Part shown: in pieces, positions 31,484-41,702 of the stretch
Layout of the letters: each line of letters starts with the position of its first letter
Numbering within the stretch: position 1 is the first letter of the stretch
From: a virus
DNA length: 64,000 nt
Virus record (IMG/VR): IMGVR_UViG_3300030107_002093
Span: 38,726 to 102,725 of that record
Strand: one strand, 5' to 3'
The notes under the pieces: model-generated
Told to the model about the DNA's origin: nothing
Seen by the model: only the letters and a program-made list of their open reading frames with translations
The model's database searches: none
Translations under genes and position numbers: made by a program

Positions 31484-32364
31484 ACTACCTCACCATTCTT
31501 AATCGTCAAAACGGTGTTTCTTGTTCCAATCAGTTCCGGCTTAATCGCACTTGCTTCTATCAGAGCAGTAAATACAGTTTCCGTCTTACTAATCTTCCTT
31601 TCCATTCTTATTGTAGAAGTAAAGATGTCCTCTGTTGAATCATGCCAATTGGCAATGATACCAACGGGGCTACCATCCACATACTTCTCCTTTGAATGGG
31701 CAATCACAATCCTATGACAATCCATCTCTAGAATCTTCTTGTGTAAGAAGTTCTTGTATGGTGTGTTCCTATCTCCCCATACGAAAGGCAACTGCTTGAT
31801 TACCGTATCAGCATCAAGGTTGTGCTTTATCCTCATGTATGTCTCACATACATCAGTGAGGAACTTATCAGCACCGTCAATAATAACTGCCTTCAATGTT
31901 CCATCCTTCAGATATGTCATTGCTTCCTCATAGTGCATCTCTGCGTTATGCTTGGTAGCCTTGATATCAACAAGGGTATCTGGATGTCTCTCAATAGGAT
32001 TGAACACAACTAGGTTCTCTACATTGTCGTAATGATTCCTCTTTACGTCAATGAACCTATTGTCATAGTCCCATACAAAGACATGCATACCATTCGCTAT
32101 ATCCTCTTCTGTGAGGAGGTCTGCCGCAAGAGCAGACTTGGCGGTTTTGGGTGCGCCCCAAATACCACAACAGAGATAGTTCTTATCCCTGTCTTGAGCC
32201 GCCTTCCTCTTAGCGAGATACGCTTCTCTTCCTAATGCGAAAGAGCCTTTTTCCTTGTCATTCGTTTTTACTGCTTCATTTGTTTTACTCGTAGTCCATG
32301 CCGTCATTTTCATCACCATTTTCATAATGCACCAATCTATTTCCACAGGTGCGTAGTATCTCAT
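31444..32364 (-). CDS. RecA-fold P-loop ATPase (Sak4/AAA_24- or RadA-like recombination protein)
   Basis: GAPKTAKS Walker A, VIIDG Walker B, IVIAHSK; lies between SSB and exonuclease genes. Confidence 0.7.
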   Translation of the reverse strand: MRYYAPVEIDWCIMKMVMKMTAWTTSKTNEAVKTNDKEKGSFALGREAYLAKRKAAQDRDKNYLCCGIWGAPKTAKSALAADLLTEEDIANGMHVFVWDYDNRFIDVKRNHYDNVENLVVFNPIERHPDTLVDIKATKHNAEMHYEEAMTYLKDGTLKAVIIDGADKFLTDVCETYMRIKHNLDADTVIKQLPFVWGDRNTPYKNFLHKKILEMDCHRIVIAHSKEKYVDGSPVGIIANWHDSTEDIFTSTIRMERKISKTETVFTALIEASAIKPELIGTRNTVLTIKNGEVVWTGLPSLKKGEL

Positions 32365-32593
32365 TCAAGTCCTTGTATGAGACTTTCAGTCTTACTTCCT
32401 TACCGGATAGAGTATGGAGTTTAACCCAGAACTCTCCGGTTTCGTGGTTCTTCTTCCATGTCACAAAATCAACGTTCTGTGCTGGAATAGAATAACTCCC
32501 CCCGTGTATTACGGAGTCACCATCAGCGTAGGTGCTGATAGTGTAGGATTTGTAATATCCCTTGCTCATTGCAAGGCCTCCTTCATTTCCCAA
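32285..32593 (-). CDS. Hypothetical protein
   Basis: ORF within the operon; likely start MSKGYY. Confidence 0.5.
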   Translation of the reverse strand: MGNEGGLAMSKGYYKSYTISTYADGDSVIHGGSYSIPAQNVDFVTWKKNHETGEFWVKLHTLSGKEVRLKVSYKDLNEILRTCGNRLVHYENGDENDGMDYE

Positions 32594-32790
32594 TCTACTG
32601 CATAGGCGATTTGCTTTCTCATGCCTATACCGAACCTTCGCTCATAAGCCTCAAAGAAATCCCTTGCCGTTTCACATCCTACGTCCTCACATAGAGATTC
32701 TACGGTTGAACGGGTATACTCATCAAGGTCGCCCGGTGCTATGAATGTAGCCAATCTAATTGCTTCGTGATAACTCATGAGAAAAACCAA
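32566..32790 (-). CDS. Hypothetical protein
   Basis: ORF within the operon. Confidence 0.45.
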   Translation of the reverse strand: MVFLMSYHEAIRLATFIAPGDLDEYTRSTVESLCEDVGCETARDFFEAYERRFGIGMRKQIAYAVDWEMKEALQ

Positions 32791-33995
32791 TCCGTTTCTT
32801 CTTCCTCTGTGAACTCAATCTTATCTGGGTTTCCACCCCTTGCCTTGAGAACGTGTATCCCTGTTACGTTTATCGTCACACTCTGTATGTTGCCTTCAGA
32901 ATCACTTCCTTGTGAAGTCCTTCCTACAACAATCACATTAGAACCAATGCCGAAATCTATCTCCATGTTAGAGGGTATCCAACAAGTGACTCCACTGAAT
33001 CCATCATCGTTGAAGTCGAAGTCAGTGTTCAAGTCATCAAGGGTCATAATCCTGTTACCGTTCTTGGTAGGGTTCATGTTGATGTTAGTCACACTACCAT
33101 CAGTGAACACAAACCTATCATTGTAGTTCTTCTGACCCACAGTGCTATGATACCTATCCAAGTCAATTAGTGGACTGAAGTTACCCTCAGAATGGGACAT
33201 CAGTTCATCTTGTATAGAAACATCAGAGACATCCACTGGTTCTGTATTGTCACTATTGTAGGCTAAAGACCCAGCAGTCACATCAGTCCCACCGTGTATT
33301 CTATCCTCATGGGTGGAGTTAGTGATACATGAGAACGATACGAACTCAAACGTCTTAGGGTCGAAATTCACACTGTGTGGCCCCTTGTAACTGAAGAAGT
33401 ATTTCCCCAACTTACCAGCGACCTCACCGATGAATATTCCTGACCTTCTGAACTCAGACTTAGCCAAGGGCTTACCGTAGTTCTTGTTTACGAAGGTTCC
33501 ATATTTCTCTGTTGAATCCAGAGGGACTAGATACCTACCATCGTCTAGTTCAACGTGGTTCTCAGGTAACTTACCAAACACGCGAATTACCTCCTCGCCG
33601 TCTTTCATCATCTGCCCCTCATACTTGTCTCCCGTCATAGGAGTGAACAGTGCGACCTTGCCTAGTTCGTATGTAGTGTCTGAATCTCGGTGATACTCTC
33701 CTACTATCCTGTCTCTCTGTATAGCCATCATATCCCTAGCCTCGTCAAGAGAGATGAAGAAGCCAAATGCTGGCTTCCAGAACTCATCATCACCACCTGA
33801 AGACGCTGGCCTCTGTTGTGCTAGTTTAGCACCACTGAAGTATTGTCTCCATAGCCCTCTTGCCAAGAGGGGTTCCTCTGTGGCATCCACATCATTCTGT
33901 GTGCAGATGTCATTGAATTTCTTCAATGCCTCTTCCTCACTCATGCCGAGTATATCGGCGGCTTTTCTTATTTCTTCCATTATTGTTTCATCCAT
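32775..33995 (-). CDS. Probable RPA-like OB-fold ssDNA-binding protein
   Basis: Start MDETIMEE after an AAGGAAGGA RBS; C-terminal OB-like strands (GSVTNI..IMTLDD..CW..GSNVIVVG); acidic-aromatic tail EEEETDWFFS. Confidence 0.6.
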   Translation of the reverse strand: MDETIMEEIRKAADILGMSEEEALKKFNDICTQNDVDATEEPLLARGLWRQYFSGAKLAQQRPASSGGDDEFWKPAFGFFISLDEARDMMAIQRDRIVGEYHRDSDTTYELGKVALFTPMTGDKYEGQMMKDGEEVIRVFGKLPENHVELDDGRYLVPLDSTEKYGTFVNKNYGKPLAKSEFRRSGIFIGEVAGKLGKYFFSYKGPHSVNFDPKTFEFVSFSCITNSTHEDRIHGGTDVTAGSLAYNSDNTEPVDVSDVSIQDELMSHSEGNFSPLIDLDRYHSTVGQKNYNDRFVFTDGSVTNINMNPTKNGNRIMTLDDLNTDFDFNDDGFSGVTCWIPSNMEIDFGIGSNVIVVGRTSQGSDSEGNIQSVTINVTGIHVLKARGGNPDKIEFTEEEETDWFFS

Positions 33996-33997
33996 TT

Positions 33998-34267
33998 TTA
34001 TTCCTTCCTTTTTCTTTTTTCGTTTAGCATTTCCAATACGGCTTCTGCACTTATGACAACACCTGCCAATATCCAGAACCAATCGGAATCTAATGTCAAT
34101 ACCCCTGCTAACTTCAGCAAGGGTAGTGTAATCAGGAGTATTCCTCCTAGTAGAATAATCTCATACCTAAGCATTAGGTGTTTGAAATCATCCAAATCTG
34201 TCTTTCCATCTTTGTTAAAATCTAATATCTTTTTTACCATATCAATTCCATCTTCTATTGTTATCAA
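33998..34267 (-). CDS. Small two-helix membrane protein with EF-hand-like loop
   Basis: DFNKDGKTDLDDF followed by two hydrophobic segments. Confidence 0.55.
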   Translation of the reverse strand: MITIEDGIDMVKKILDFNKDGKTDLDDFKHLMLRYEIILLGGILLITLPLLKLAGVLTLDSDWFWILAGVVISAEAVLEMLNEKRKRKE

Positions 34268-34324
34268 ATATTATTTTGTATAATCCTCTCATTATTACGA
34301 ATGCAAAAAATACCTCTATTCCTG

Positions 34325-35236
34325 TCATATCATCTGCCCTATCATCCAAGAAGCAAGCACCTTTGGAGTCATACTTGAACTCCGCCACTCTGCTTCCCCG
34401 ACAACCCGCAGTAATTTGAACTTTTCATTACTGGTCATATCAGTCTTTATGATAGTATCATGCAGACCGATGCATACGGTCTTCATTTCTATTGAATCGT
34501 AAAGTAAACTATGCACTCTTTCCACCGCTTCTGTATATTTATTTTCATTGACCAATTCTAATATTTCTGTGTAAGGCAATAGGTGTTTGTCGACTTGCTT
34601 GAGGAGGCTGGATTTGCTAGAAATCGCCGCCTGAAGTTCCGTCAACCCTCTTCTCACATCTCCATGTAGGGACTCTATGAAGATTTCTATCTCATCCTCG
34701 TAGGTGTTAGCAATACCCTCATTCTTCAGCGCATTAGTCAATATGGCATACATGTGGTGATGCTCCAATCTCTTGAAGGCATAGTTGGCACACCTTGAAA
34801 TCAAGGGGTGAATTATCTTATGTCTGTCATTGCAAGTTATGATGAACCTACAGTTGTCAGCATACCTTTCCATGATTCTCTTCAACGCATTCTGCGCATC
34901 CCTAGTCATACCATCCATCTCATCAAGAAGTATAATCTTGAAAGGAGCATCCCCTATCTTACTAGTAGATGCAATCTCCTTAATCCTAGTTCTAACAGTC
35001 TCTAGTTTCCTATCATCTGAAGCATTGATTTCAAAGAAGTTTGACTTGACATCATCCCTCAGCATATCATTCGCTAGAGATATAGCCGCCGCAGTCTTAC
35101 CTACTCCCGCTATACCATACAATAGGACATTGGGCATCTCTTGTTCCATCACCCAATGTTCCGCGTCCAAAGTGAAGTTCATTTGGCCGATAATCTCGTT
35201 TAGTTTTCTTGGTCTATATTTTTCTGTCCACAACAT
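34325..35236 (-). CDS. rfcS: Replication factor C small subunit (clamp loader)
   Basis: WTEKYRP, GIAGVGKT, EINASDDR, IILLDEMD, AQNALKR, SRC. Confidence 0.92.
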   Translation of the reverse strand: MLWTEKYRPRKLNEIIGQMNFTLDAEHWVMEQEMPNVLLYGIAGVGKTAAAISLANDMLRDDVKSNFFEINASDDRKLETVRTRIKEIASTSKIGDAPFKIILLDEMDGMTRDAQNALKRIMERYADNCRFIITCNDRHKIIHPLISRCANYAFKRLEHHHMYAILTNALKNEGIANTYEDEIEIFIESLHGDVRRGLTELQAAISSKSSLLKQVDKHLLPYTEILELVNENKYTEAVERVHSLLYDSIEMKTVCIGLHDTIIKTDMTSNEKFKLLRVVGEAEWRSSSMTPKVLASWMIGQMI

Positions 35237-35565
35237 TATTCTTCCTCCTCACATATATCACAATACCAATTTTCTACATTCCGCATATCATCCCAATCAC
35301 CGTGGAAAGACATTAGATTGTATATGTCATGGACATTATCCAGTTTGTGTTTTATACGATATGCGTTTGAAGGTATACACTTCTCACATACGAAGCCTTC
35401 AAACCCTACCTCTTCAATAGAATCCTCAAACATTTCCCCATAATGATGACCTGTTACGGCATCACTAAGTAATTGGTCTACTGCTTCTTCTTCACTAGTG
35501 GCCTGAACCAGACCCTCTAATTTTACTGTTAATTCAATTTTATATTCTTTCATTTTTATGCTCAT
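35236..35565 (-). CDS. Hypothetical Zn-binding protein
   Basis: CEKC...CDIC. Confidence 0.5.
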   Translation of the reverse strand: MSIKMKEYKIELTVKLEGLVQATSEEEAVDQLLSDAVTGHHYGEMFEDSIEEVGFEGFVCEKCIPSNAYRIKHKLDNVHDIYNLMSFHGDWDDMRNVENWYCDICEEEE

Positions 35566-35864
35566 TATTCTTCCTCCTCATACGTCTTCCCATCTATTTC
35601 TCCTATATACTGCCATAGTCCAACTGCGCTCTTTCTACCAGCATTTGGATAGAACCTGAAATCAGGATGTATCCTTATTAAACTGGTTAACTGAATAGCA
35701 GTGGTTCCAGCATGTTGACTTACTCTACCACTAACTCCAACATAGTTGTTCATATAGTGCCTCATTTCTGCTAGAGAGAACAGTGTTCTTTTCTTCATTT
35801 TACCGAACTTCACCATAGCATTTTTCTTGTAAGTATGTTTTATTGGCCCAGCCATTACAACCAC
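35565..35864 (-). CDS. Hypothetical basic protein
   Basis: Coupled ORF. Confidence 0.5.
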   Translation of the reverse strand: MVVMAGPIKHTYKKNAMVKFGKMKKRTLFSLAEMRHYMNNYVGVSGRVSQHAGTTAIQLTSLIRIHPDFRFYPNAGRKSAVGLWQYIGEIDGKTYEEEE

Positions 35865-36706
35865 GCCTCTAGTGTCTCTTGTGGTGCTATAGGAGCATAA
35901 CGCTTCTTGCGCTTCTTCTCTCCTAGTTTCAGCATCCTACATTCCGTATTATCTAACACGGACTTCGCATATTCTCTAAAGGATTCATCCTTCAATAAGT
36001 CCTTCAATAGGTGAGCATCTGCTCTCCTAAGTTTTAGTTTATAGCAAATCTTCGGTAATGTCGAATATGCCTTTCTCTGTGGCATTACCATCTTGCGTTG
36101 CATTCTACCATTATGAGAGTAGGCCAACATCTCATAGAAGTAGTCATTTGACCACCTTCTCTTGACATAGAAGTCAATGAAGGATAGTTTGTTTGGATGC
36201 ACATTGGGTGCAATCCATGAGAGTATCTGAATATCAGGAGGTTTGCTTATCATGAGCATGTCCTTGACCTCTTCCCTATCAGGATTCCTGAGATACTCCT
36301 TAATCATAGGGAACATATCGATATCATAGTTCACTGGTTCGTCAGACCTCGGTGCTATCTCCTTTATCTCTTCAGCCATTGTCTTCTTAGTGGCTCTCTT
36401 CAATTTGCAGAGGCTCATCAGTTTCTTAGGAACGTCCTTTTGGTTATCAGACATCAACACTACTTGACCTCTGTATTCTAGTATGGTCTTCCTAATCAAT
36501 TCAACATTAGCCTTGTAGTGAACCTCATCAATGATGATGCCCCTTTCTGGTGGGATGCTATAGTTGTCTTCTATGTTAAACTCATTAGCATACTGAATGA
36601 TAGGGTCGTCAGAAACGAAGGACATTGCCTTCTTCATCTTCTCTGTGTCTGTTTTCCCTACTACTATTATTGCTCTATTCTGATTCATCGTTTTCATTAG
36701 GCTCAT
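35855..36706 (-). CDS. Degenerate AAA+ protein, probable RFC large-subunit-like
   Basis: Eroded Walker A (VVGKTDTEK), Walker B IIIDEV, basic tail and PIP-like QETLEAWL. Confidence 0.55.
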   Translation of the reverse strand: MSLMKTMNQNRAIIVVGKTDTEKMKKAMSFVSDDPIIQYANEFNIEDNYSIPPERGIIIDEVHYKANVELIRKTILEYRGQVVLMSDNQKDVPKKLMSLCKLKRATKKTMAEEIKEIAPRSDEPVNYDIDMFPMIKEYLRNPDREEVKDMLMISKPPDIQILSWIAPNVHPNKLSFIDFYVKRRWSNDYFYEMLAYSHNGRMQRKMVMPQRKAYSTLPKICYKLKLRRADAHLLKDLLKDESFREYAKSVLDNTECRMLKLGEKKRKKRYAPIAPQETLEAWL

Positions 36707-37001
36707 CTATAACCCTCACTTCCATTATTTCTTCATATTTGGCTTCACACTTGGCACAATATACCTGCATGACATACCACTTCAACCCATTCTCTTCCTT
36801 TATCCCTGCATCGTATCCGAAGTCTTGGTCACCACACTCATTGCAACCCTTCTTCACTCTATCAAACACATGATGTTCAATGATTTCTGCATCATCCTCC
36901 ATCTTGGCTACTGCATTATTGAATGCCACATTGACATTACAAGCATTACACAACTCACCCATGAGAACGGGCCTAATCTGACATCTAGGACAACGCTTCA
37001 T
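36675..37001 (-). CDS. Zn-finger protein
   Basis: Four CxxC motifs. Confidence 0.55.
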   Translation of the reverse strand: MKRCPRCQIRPVLMGELCNACNVNVAFNNAVAKMEDDAEIIEHHVFDRVKKGCNECGDQDFGYDAGIKEENGLKWYVMQVYCAKCEAKYEEIMEVRVIDEPNENDESE

Positions 37002-37393
37002 GTTAATCCCTTTATTTTTAGAATGTGGTCAAGACCCTTTTGGGTTAGATGTTCCCCATTAGAACACATTACTAGGCATTCCTTGAAGGTTGTCCAAAAT
37101 GGGTTCATTGGTAAATCAGGAATCAATTCCTCGCAGGTTCTATTGAGGTTGGTCATGTTAGTAATCAGCAAGATTGGTCTTGGTCTACTCTTGCTTTCCT
37201 TCTCCTTCAACTTGCTCTCAATCTCATATTGCAATAAAGACCTATGAACTCCTACGAGGAACGTCTTGTGTCCTCTAAGACATATCCTCAATCTAACTCG
37301 ATAGCCTAGCGTGACGTTGTGTTCCTTCGCTACTATAATCTCAGGGATAGCAGAGGCAATCATGATTCCCTGTAACTGCCCCTTGCTGAACAT
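36998..37393 (-). CDS. LAGLIDADG-like protein, possibly inactive
   Basis: GYRVRLRI strand and C-terminal HLTQKGLDHILKIK are typical of single-domain LAGLIDADG proteins; the catalytic helix is divergent. Confidence 0.5.
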   Translation of the reverse strand: MFSKGQLQGIMIASAIPEIIVAKEHNVTLGYRVRLRICLRGHKTFLVGVHRSLLQYEIESKLKEKESKSRPRPILLITNMTNLNRTCEELIPDLPMNPFWTTFKECLVMCSNGEHLTQKGLDHILKIKGLT

Positions 37394-37424
37394 ACATCTA
37401 CCTGCTAGATTTGGTAGTTAAAAG

Positions 37425-38954
37425 TTATGCCATTACCTCTACGTCTTGTATGTTGTTTATGTCAGACACATACTTGTCTCTTCGTATCCTCTTGACTCTT
37501 GGGAACCTTATCGAATAGTTTCCAGAAGCGTCTTGTGATATCAAATCACCAGTGACTTCTAGCACTATTCTAGGTAGCAGTTCAAACGTGTTATTAGAAT
37601 AATTGTCGACTATCTTCTTACATTCCGTGGTTAGCATAATCAAATCACTATCTGAGAAGCCACTACCTACGAATCCTAACTCCACGAACTCACCACTCCA
37701 TTCTCCTTTGACTGATATACCAAAGGAACCGAACACATCTGACCGCTTGCCTTCACCATATCTAGCAGAAGTGATAACAACATCCAACTCTACTCTTGCT
37801 GGCTTGTGTTTCAATAGTGAGGAAGACCTCTTACCAACGTCATACACTGCACTCTTGTCCTTTATCATGATACCCTCATGTCCCATGCTAATTGCGGTAT
37901 TATACGCGGCTTCTATTGGGTGGTTATCATCCCATGAATCTGCTCTGTATTCACTAGGGAAGTCTTGTAGAAGGGATAACCTCAGTCCATAAGAACGACC
38001 TATCAGTGTCTCTTCCATGTAATACAACACATCGAATATTGCTAGTTTAACAGGACACTCCCTAACTGCGGCTTCCTTGTCCTTGGAATGAACTCTCTTT
38101 GCTAGGAGTTTATGTTCCGCAGGTGAACCATCAGCCCTCACAGGATATATCTCGGTATCAATAATGAACTGATGCGCGTTGAATGTCTTGACTATCTCCA
38201 CTATATCGGGATATTGTTCAGTGACTACATTTCCCTTACGATTGAATATGATGACGTTATCATCAAACCTATGAATCTGATACCTATTACCATCATACTT
38301 CACATCAATGAGATACTGGTCTGGTAATTTACCCGCAAATTTCTTCGCCAGAACGCAAGGTATGAACCCCCCATGCATTACTGTGCATGGAGGGTTTTGC
38401 CCATTCATTAGATAACGATATACGATTGATGACTTGTGGAATTTACCATACATCAATACTTTGTTATCGGAAAAGTAATCTGCTAACGCCTTGTTTACCG
38501 TTGAACAAGATACACCGTTCCTCGGAGTCCGTAGCCAATACCTCAAGAACCACTTCAACTCCAATCCGTTCATCTCGTTGATGGCTTCCTTGAAGAGTTC
38601 ATAGGAATGACCATTACTAACAGAACAATCCATAGTCAATAGATGTATTAGACTCTTCATTGATATGTTACTACTAACAGAGGACTCCCCGATGAATTGA
38701 CGCATCCCTTCACCTAAGTCACCCCACATATTCTCGTATTCTACTACTTCGTCATCGAAGCAACCCAAGGCATTAGCAATCCATTTCCTAGCATTAGTGA
38801 GTCCGATGTTATTACTCTCATATTCCTCACATAGGATGCGAACTAATATCTCACCGTCATCCAAGAACGTAGAGAAGTTCTCAGAAAGAGTCTTTCTCTT
38901 TCCTTTTGAGTTCTCTAACGCTTCACATAAATTACTGAATCTACTCAGTGTCAT
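37425..38954 (-). CDS. lig: ATP-dependent DNA ligase
   Basis: KYDGNR motif I, IDTEI, FDVLY, EGIMIK, LDVVI, GSGFSD, RFPR..RIR.DK. Confidence 0.92.
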   Translation of the reverse strand: MTLSRFSNLCEALENSKGKRKTLSENFSTFLDDGEILVRILCEEYESNNIGLTNARKWIANALGCFDDEVVEYENMWGDLGEGMRQFIGESSVSSNISMKSLIHLLTMDCSVSNGHSYELFKEAINEMNGLELKWFLRYWLRTPRNGVSCSTVNKALADYFSDNKVLMYGKFHKSSIVYRYLMNGQNPPCTVMHGGFIPCVLAKKFAGKLPDQYLIDVKYDGNRYQIHRFDDNVIIFNRKGNVVTEQYPDIVEIVKTFNAHQFIIDTEIYPVRADGSPAEHKLLAKRVHSKDKEAAVRECPVKLAIFDVLYYMEETLIGRSYGLRLSLLQDFPSEYRADSWDDNHPIEAAYNTAISMGHEGIMIKDKSAVYDVGKRSSSLLKHKPARVELDVVITSARYGEGKRSDVFGSFGISVKGEWSGEFVELGFVGSGFSDSDLIMLTTECKKIVDNYSNNTFELLPRIVLEVTGDLISQDASGNYSIRFPRVKRIRRDKYVSDINNIQDVEVMA

Positions 38955-39162
38955 CTATACCATCTACTATCTTATTGAGTGCCTTACTCAGGTTCACTAC
39001 TTCATTCATATTCACACGGATTCCCTTCTTGGTTGGCTTACCGTTATTGAACCACCTGATGTCAACCACCTTAATGTTCCAATACTCACCTTCCTTTATC
39101 TGAATCTCATTGTTTGCATCTCTTGGTATCCTTGCTATAATATCCCATTTGTCATTGTCCAT
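38941..39162 (-). CDS. PC4/YdbC-like ssDNA-binding protein
   Basis: VDIRWF...PTKKGI motif. Confidence 0.7.
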   Translation of the reverse strand: MDNDKWDIIARIPRDANNEIQIKEGEYWNIKVVDIRWFNNGKPTKKGIRVNMNEVVNLSKALNKIVDGIDDTE

Positions 39163-39562
39163 CTTCTATTCCTCCCTTGAATTCCTGTAGTTGTTTAATC
39201 GACTTGAAGTATCTAGGGGACTCCAACTCATCCACTCTGTGTGCTACCCACACAACTCCACCGAGACTACTAATCTTCACTAGTTCGTATGTCTTCTCCC
39301 CGACTTGGAACATGTCCTCAGTCTCTACTTCTGGGACAAGCCCGAAGTGCTTCGTCAACTCAAAGGAAATGGAGCCGAGGTTCTCAGCAATATACTGAAC
39401 AATCAGGTGTCGTTGAATAGGAACCTTAGCATCAACAGTGACTTCTATTCTCCCTATCATATTACACACCTTACACTTGTTCCCCTCACATATCGGGCAG
39501 GGAATCTCAGCAGGTAATGGTGCAGGGAATCTAACAGTCACCGCACGTTTCACAGTTTCCAC
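39152..39562 (-). CDS. Hypothetical protein with DnaJ-type Zn-finger-like motif
   Basis: CPICEG..CKVCNMIG. Confidence 0.5.
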   Translation of the reverse strand: METVKRAVTVRFPAPLPAEIPCPICEGNKCKVCNMIGRIEVTVDAKVPIQRHLIVQYIAENLGSISFELTKHFGLVPEVETEDMFQVGEKTYELVKISSLGGVVWVAHRVDELESPRYFKSIKQLQEFKGGIEDGQ

Positions 39563-39933
39563 AACCTATACACAACTGTGCAGTTGTAGTCATATCCCCT
39601 CAGTTCAATCAGACTCAATGTGGCTTCACCCATAACTGGTGCGTGTCCCTGTCTGAAAGATACATTGTCCACCGTGAAATACGGCTTCATGTCAACAGTC
39701 AGGTTAACTGTCTCATTATACATGATAGCACTTGCAGAGAATATCTCCACAAGAGTTGAATTATTACCGAATGTAATTACTGGTAATGTGCTATTGTTGG
39801 TATCCTCGTATGTGAAGTTGTGATACTCAGTAACCCACAGAGGGTCATTGCCCTCAACTGGTGGGTCTGGTATCATCTCAGCACAACCTGCTAGTGCAGG
39901 GCTGATTAGTAGTAATACTAGCAACATTCGCAT
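39550..39933 (-). CDS. Putative lipoprotein
   Basis: Hydrophobic signal followed by the LAGC lipobox. Confidence 0.65.
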   Translation of the reverse strand: MRMLLVLLLISPALAGCAEMIPDPPVEGNDPLWVTEYHNFTYEDTNNSTLPVITFGNNSTLVEIFSASAIMYNETVNLTVDMKPYFTVDNVSFRQGHAPVMGEATLSLIELRGYDYNCTVVYRLWKL

Positions 39934-40250
39934 TCTGAATCACCTTCCTTTGCCTTACGCTCAAAGAACGCTTCTCTCTTCTCTTCCATCAGTCCTTCAA
40001 TTTGAGATTTCAACCCGTCTATCTCGGCTTGCATCTTCTGCTTGTCGCTACGCTTGTCAAGATACACATCGCATAGTTCGATTATACTCGCAGTCGCTTC
40101 TATGCGATGTGAGCGAAGACCTATATCGTCTATTTCTGATGCGAGTTTTCGTATCAATGCGAACTGCTCCAACATCCGCTTCTCGCACTCCTCAAGATGT
40201 GCAATCATAGCATCCTTGTCACCGCTCATGCCTACTAGCCATCTACCCAT
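39918..40250 (-). CDS. Coiled-coil protein
   Basis: Heptad-rich 110 aa ORF. Confidence 0.5.
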   Translation of the reverse strand: MGRWLVGMSGDKDAMIAHLEECEKRMLEQFALIRKLASEIDDIGLRSHRIEATASIIELCDVYLDKRSDKQKMQAEIDGLKSQIEGLMEEKREAFFERKAKEGDSECECC

Positions 40251-40355
40251 GTCTATTCCTCCTCGACAATAGGCTTGGCTTCTTTTGTAAAGGTGAACCC
40301 AAACTCCTCAAGGGTAGTCTGTCTTGTGTTCTTTCCTGTTGTTTTTCTTTCCATC

Positions 40356-40898
40356 TTATTCTTCCTCCATTTTTATTTCTTCTTGTTTTATTTCTAGTTC
40401 TTCTTCTTCGGTCTTGTAATTAACCACTGTTTCTGGTGGTTCCATCACTCCGAACATTACCTTCTTCGCAATCTGCGAGTCTAATCCATATGCTAAATAC
40501 TCATTGTCTCCTAACACTATGGCCGACTCCAATACTGGCTTCCATGTCTTCAACGACTTCCAATCAGTCATGCTCCAAAAAGCAGTCCCGAAAGGATGTG
40601 TGTGTATCCAGCACTTGATGGGCAACTTCATCGGTGCGCCATTGATTAACTCGTCTTCATGTCCTTCAAAGGAAACGAATCCCGGTGTTCCGTAACTGAT
40701 GTATAGATTCTCATTTGAATCTACCATCACTTGGACTTCCCTTGGGATGTCAAACGCTTTCTGCGATGCGTTCCAAATCACACTGAGGAAAGTCTCAGTA
40801 GTGTTGTTGGGATACAACCACTCGATGTCGTCCTTCAGTTGCTTGTATGCATCTCTTATGTTTTTCTTCCAATTCTTATTCAATACTTCTTCATTCAT
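40356..40898 (-). CDS. JAB/MPN+ (JAMM) metalloprotease
   Basis: EVQV catalytic Glu and WIHTHPFGTAFWSMTD = HxH-x7-S-x2-D. Confidence 0.85.
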   Translation of the reverse strand: MNEEVLNKNWKKNIRDAYKQLKDDIEWLYPNNTTETFLSVIWNASQKAFDIPREVQVMVDSNENLYISYGTPGFVSFEGHEDELINGAPMKLPIKCWIHTHPFGTAFWSMTDWKSLKTWKPVLESAIVLGDNEYLAYGLDSQIAKKVMFGVMEPPETVVNYKTEEEELEIKQEEIKMEEE

Positions 40899-40899
40899 T

Positions 40900-41139
40900 T
40901 TATGCTCCTCCTAAATTTGCTATAATAGCATCTTGTTCGTTCTGGAAGTTATGATATGCTTCGTGTCCAGAAATGAAACCACCAGCATGTCTCTTTGTTC
41001 CTAAGAACTCCTCCCCACAAGCAGGGCATGTAACCTTTACAATCTCTGCTTGTAGATAATACCCATCTGTGGATATTACAGTCATTATTTTGTCTAAGTC
41101 TTCTTCACTTAAATCGTGTATATCACTATCTTCACTCAT
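40900..41139 (-). CDS. Small Zn-finger protein
   Basis: CPAC...H...HEAYH. Confidence 0.5.
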   Translation of the reverse strand: MSEDSDIHDLSEEDLDKIMTVISTDGYYLQAEIVKVTCPACGEEFLGTKRHAGGFISGHEAYHNFQNEQDAIIANLGGA

Positions 41140-41702
41140 TCTTCTTCACTCCAATCTCTTTTCTTTTCCCATTTTCCATACGCCATTTCAAATCCATCTG
41201 CAAAGTATTCATTGTTTGGACTGAACATCTTTATTTCATACTTGTAGCATTCTCCGCACATGATATATTTACTCATTGTGGCGGTTGATTTGTTGACAAG
41301 CGTGTCAAACCTCTTCGCACCACCCGGAACATATTCTTCGCAGTTGAAACAAACAATATCCCTATTCTCATTCGTTTTCACATATACCTTCAATGGTTTT
41401 CTGTAATTGTCATAATGAGAATGTAATATTCCAGATATAACATCAGGGAACTTGTAAATTACACGGTTGAAATAGTTCTTAGAAGAAAACAATTGTCTTC
41501 TCTTTAGTCTCCTATTCCCCTGTCGCACACCCGCGATGCTTAGGTCTTTCAACTTGGTATATGGTAGCGATTCCAAGTAATCTATTACCTCATGAATAGT
41601 AACTATGTCTCCGACCTTAAGAAAATCGAAGAACTCTCTAAGAGAGTTTGTCAATTTCTTATGGTTGTAGTTTCTAACATTTCCATTCGGCATGCATATC
41701 AC
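41136..41702 (-). CDS. Hypothetical protein with C-terminal Zn finger
   Basis: CFNC...CGEC. Confidence 0.5.
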   Translation of the reverse strand: MICMPNGNVRNYNHKKLTNSLREFFDFLKVGDIVTIHEVIDYLESLPYTKLKDLSIAGVRQGNRRLKRRQLFSSKNYFNRVIYKFPDVISGILHSHYDNYRKPLKVYVKTNENRDIVCFNCEEYVPGGAKRFDTLVNKSTATMSKYIMCGECYKYEIKMFSPNNEYFADGFEMAYGKWEKKRDWSEEE

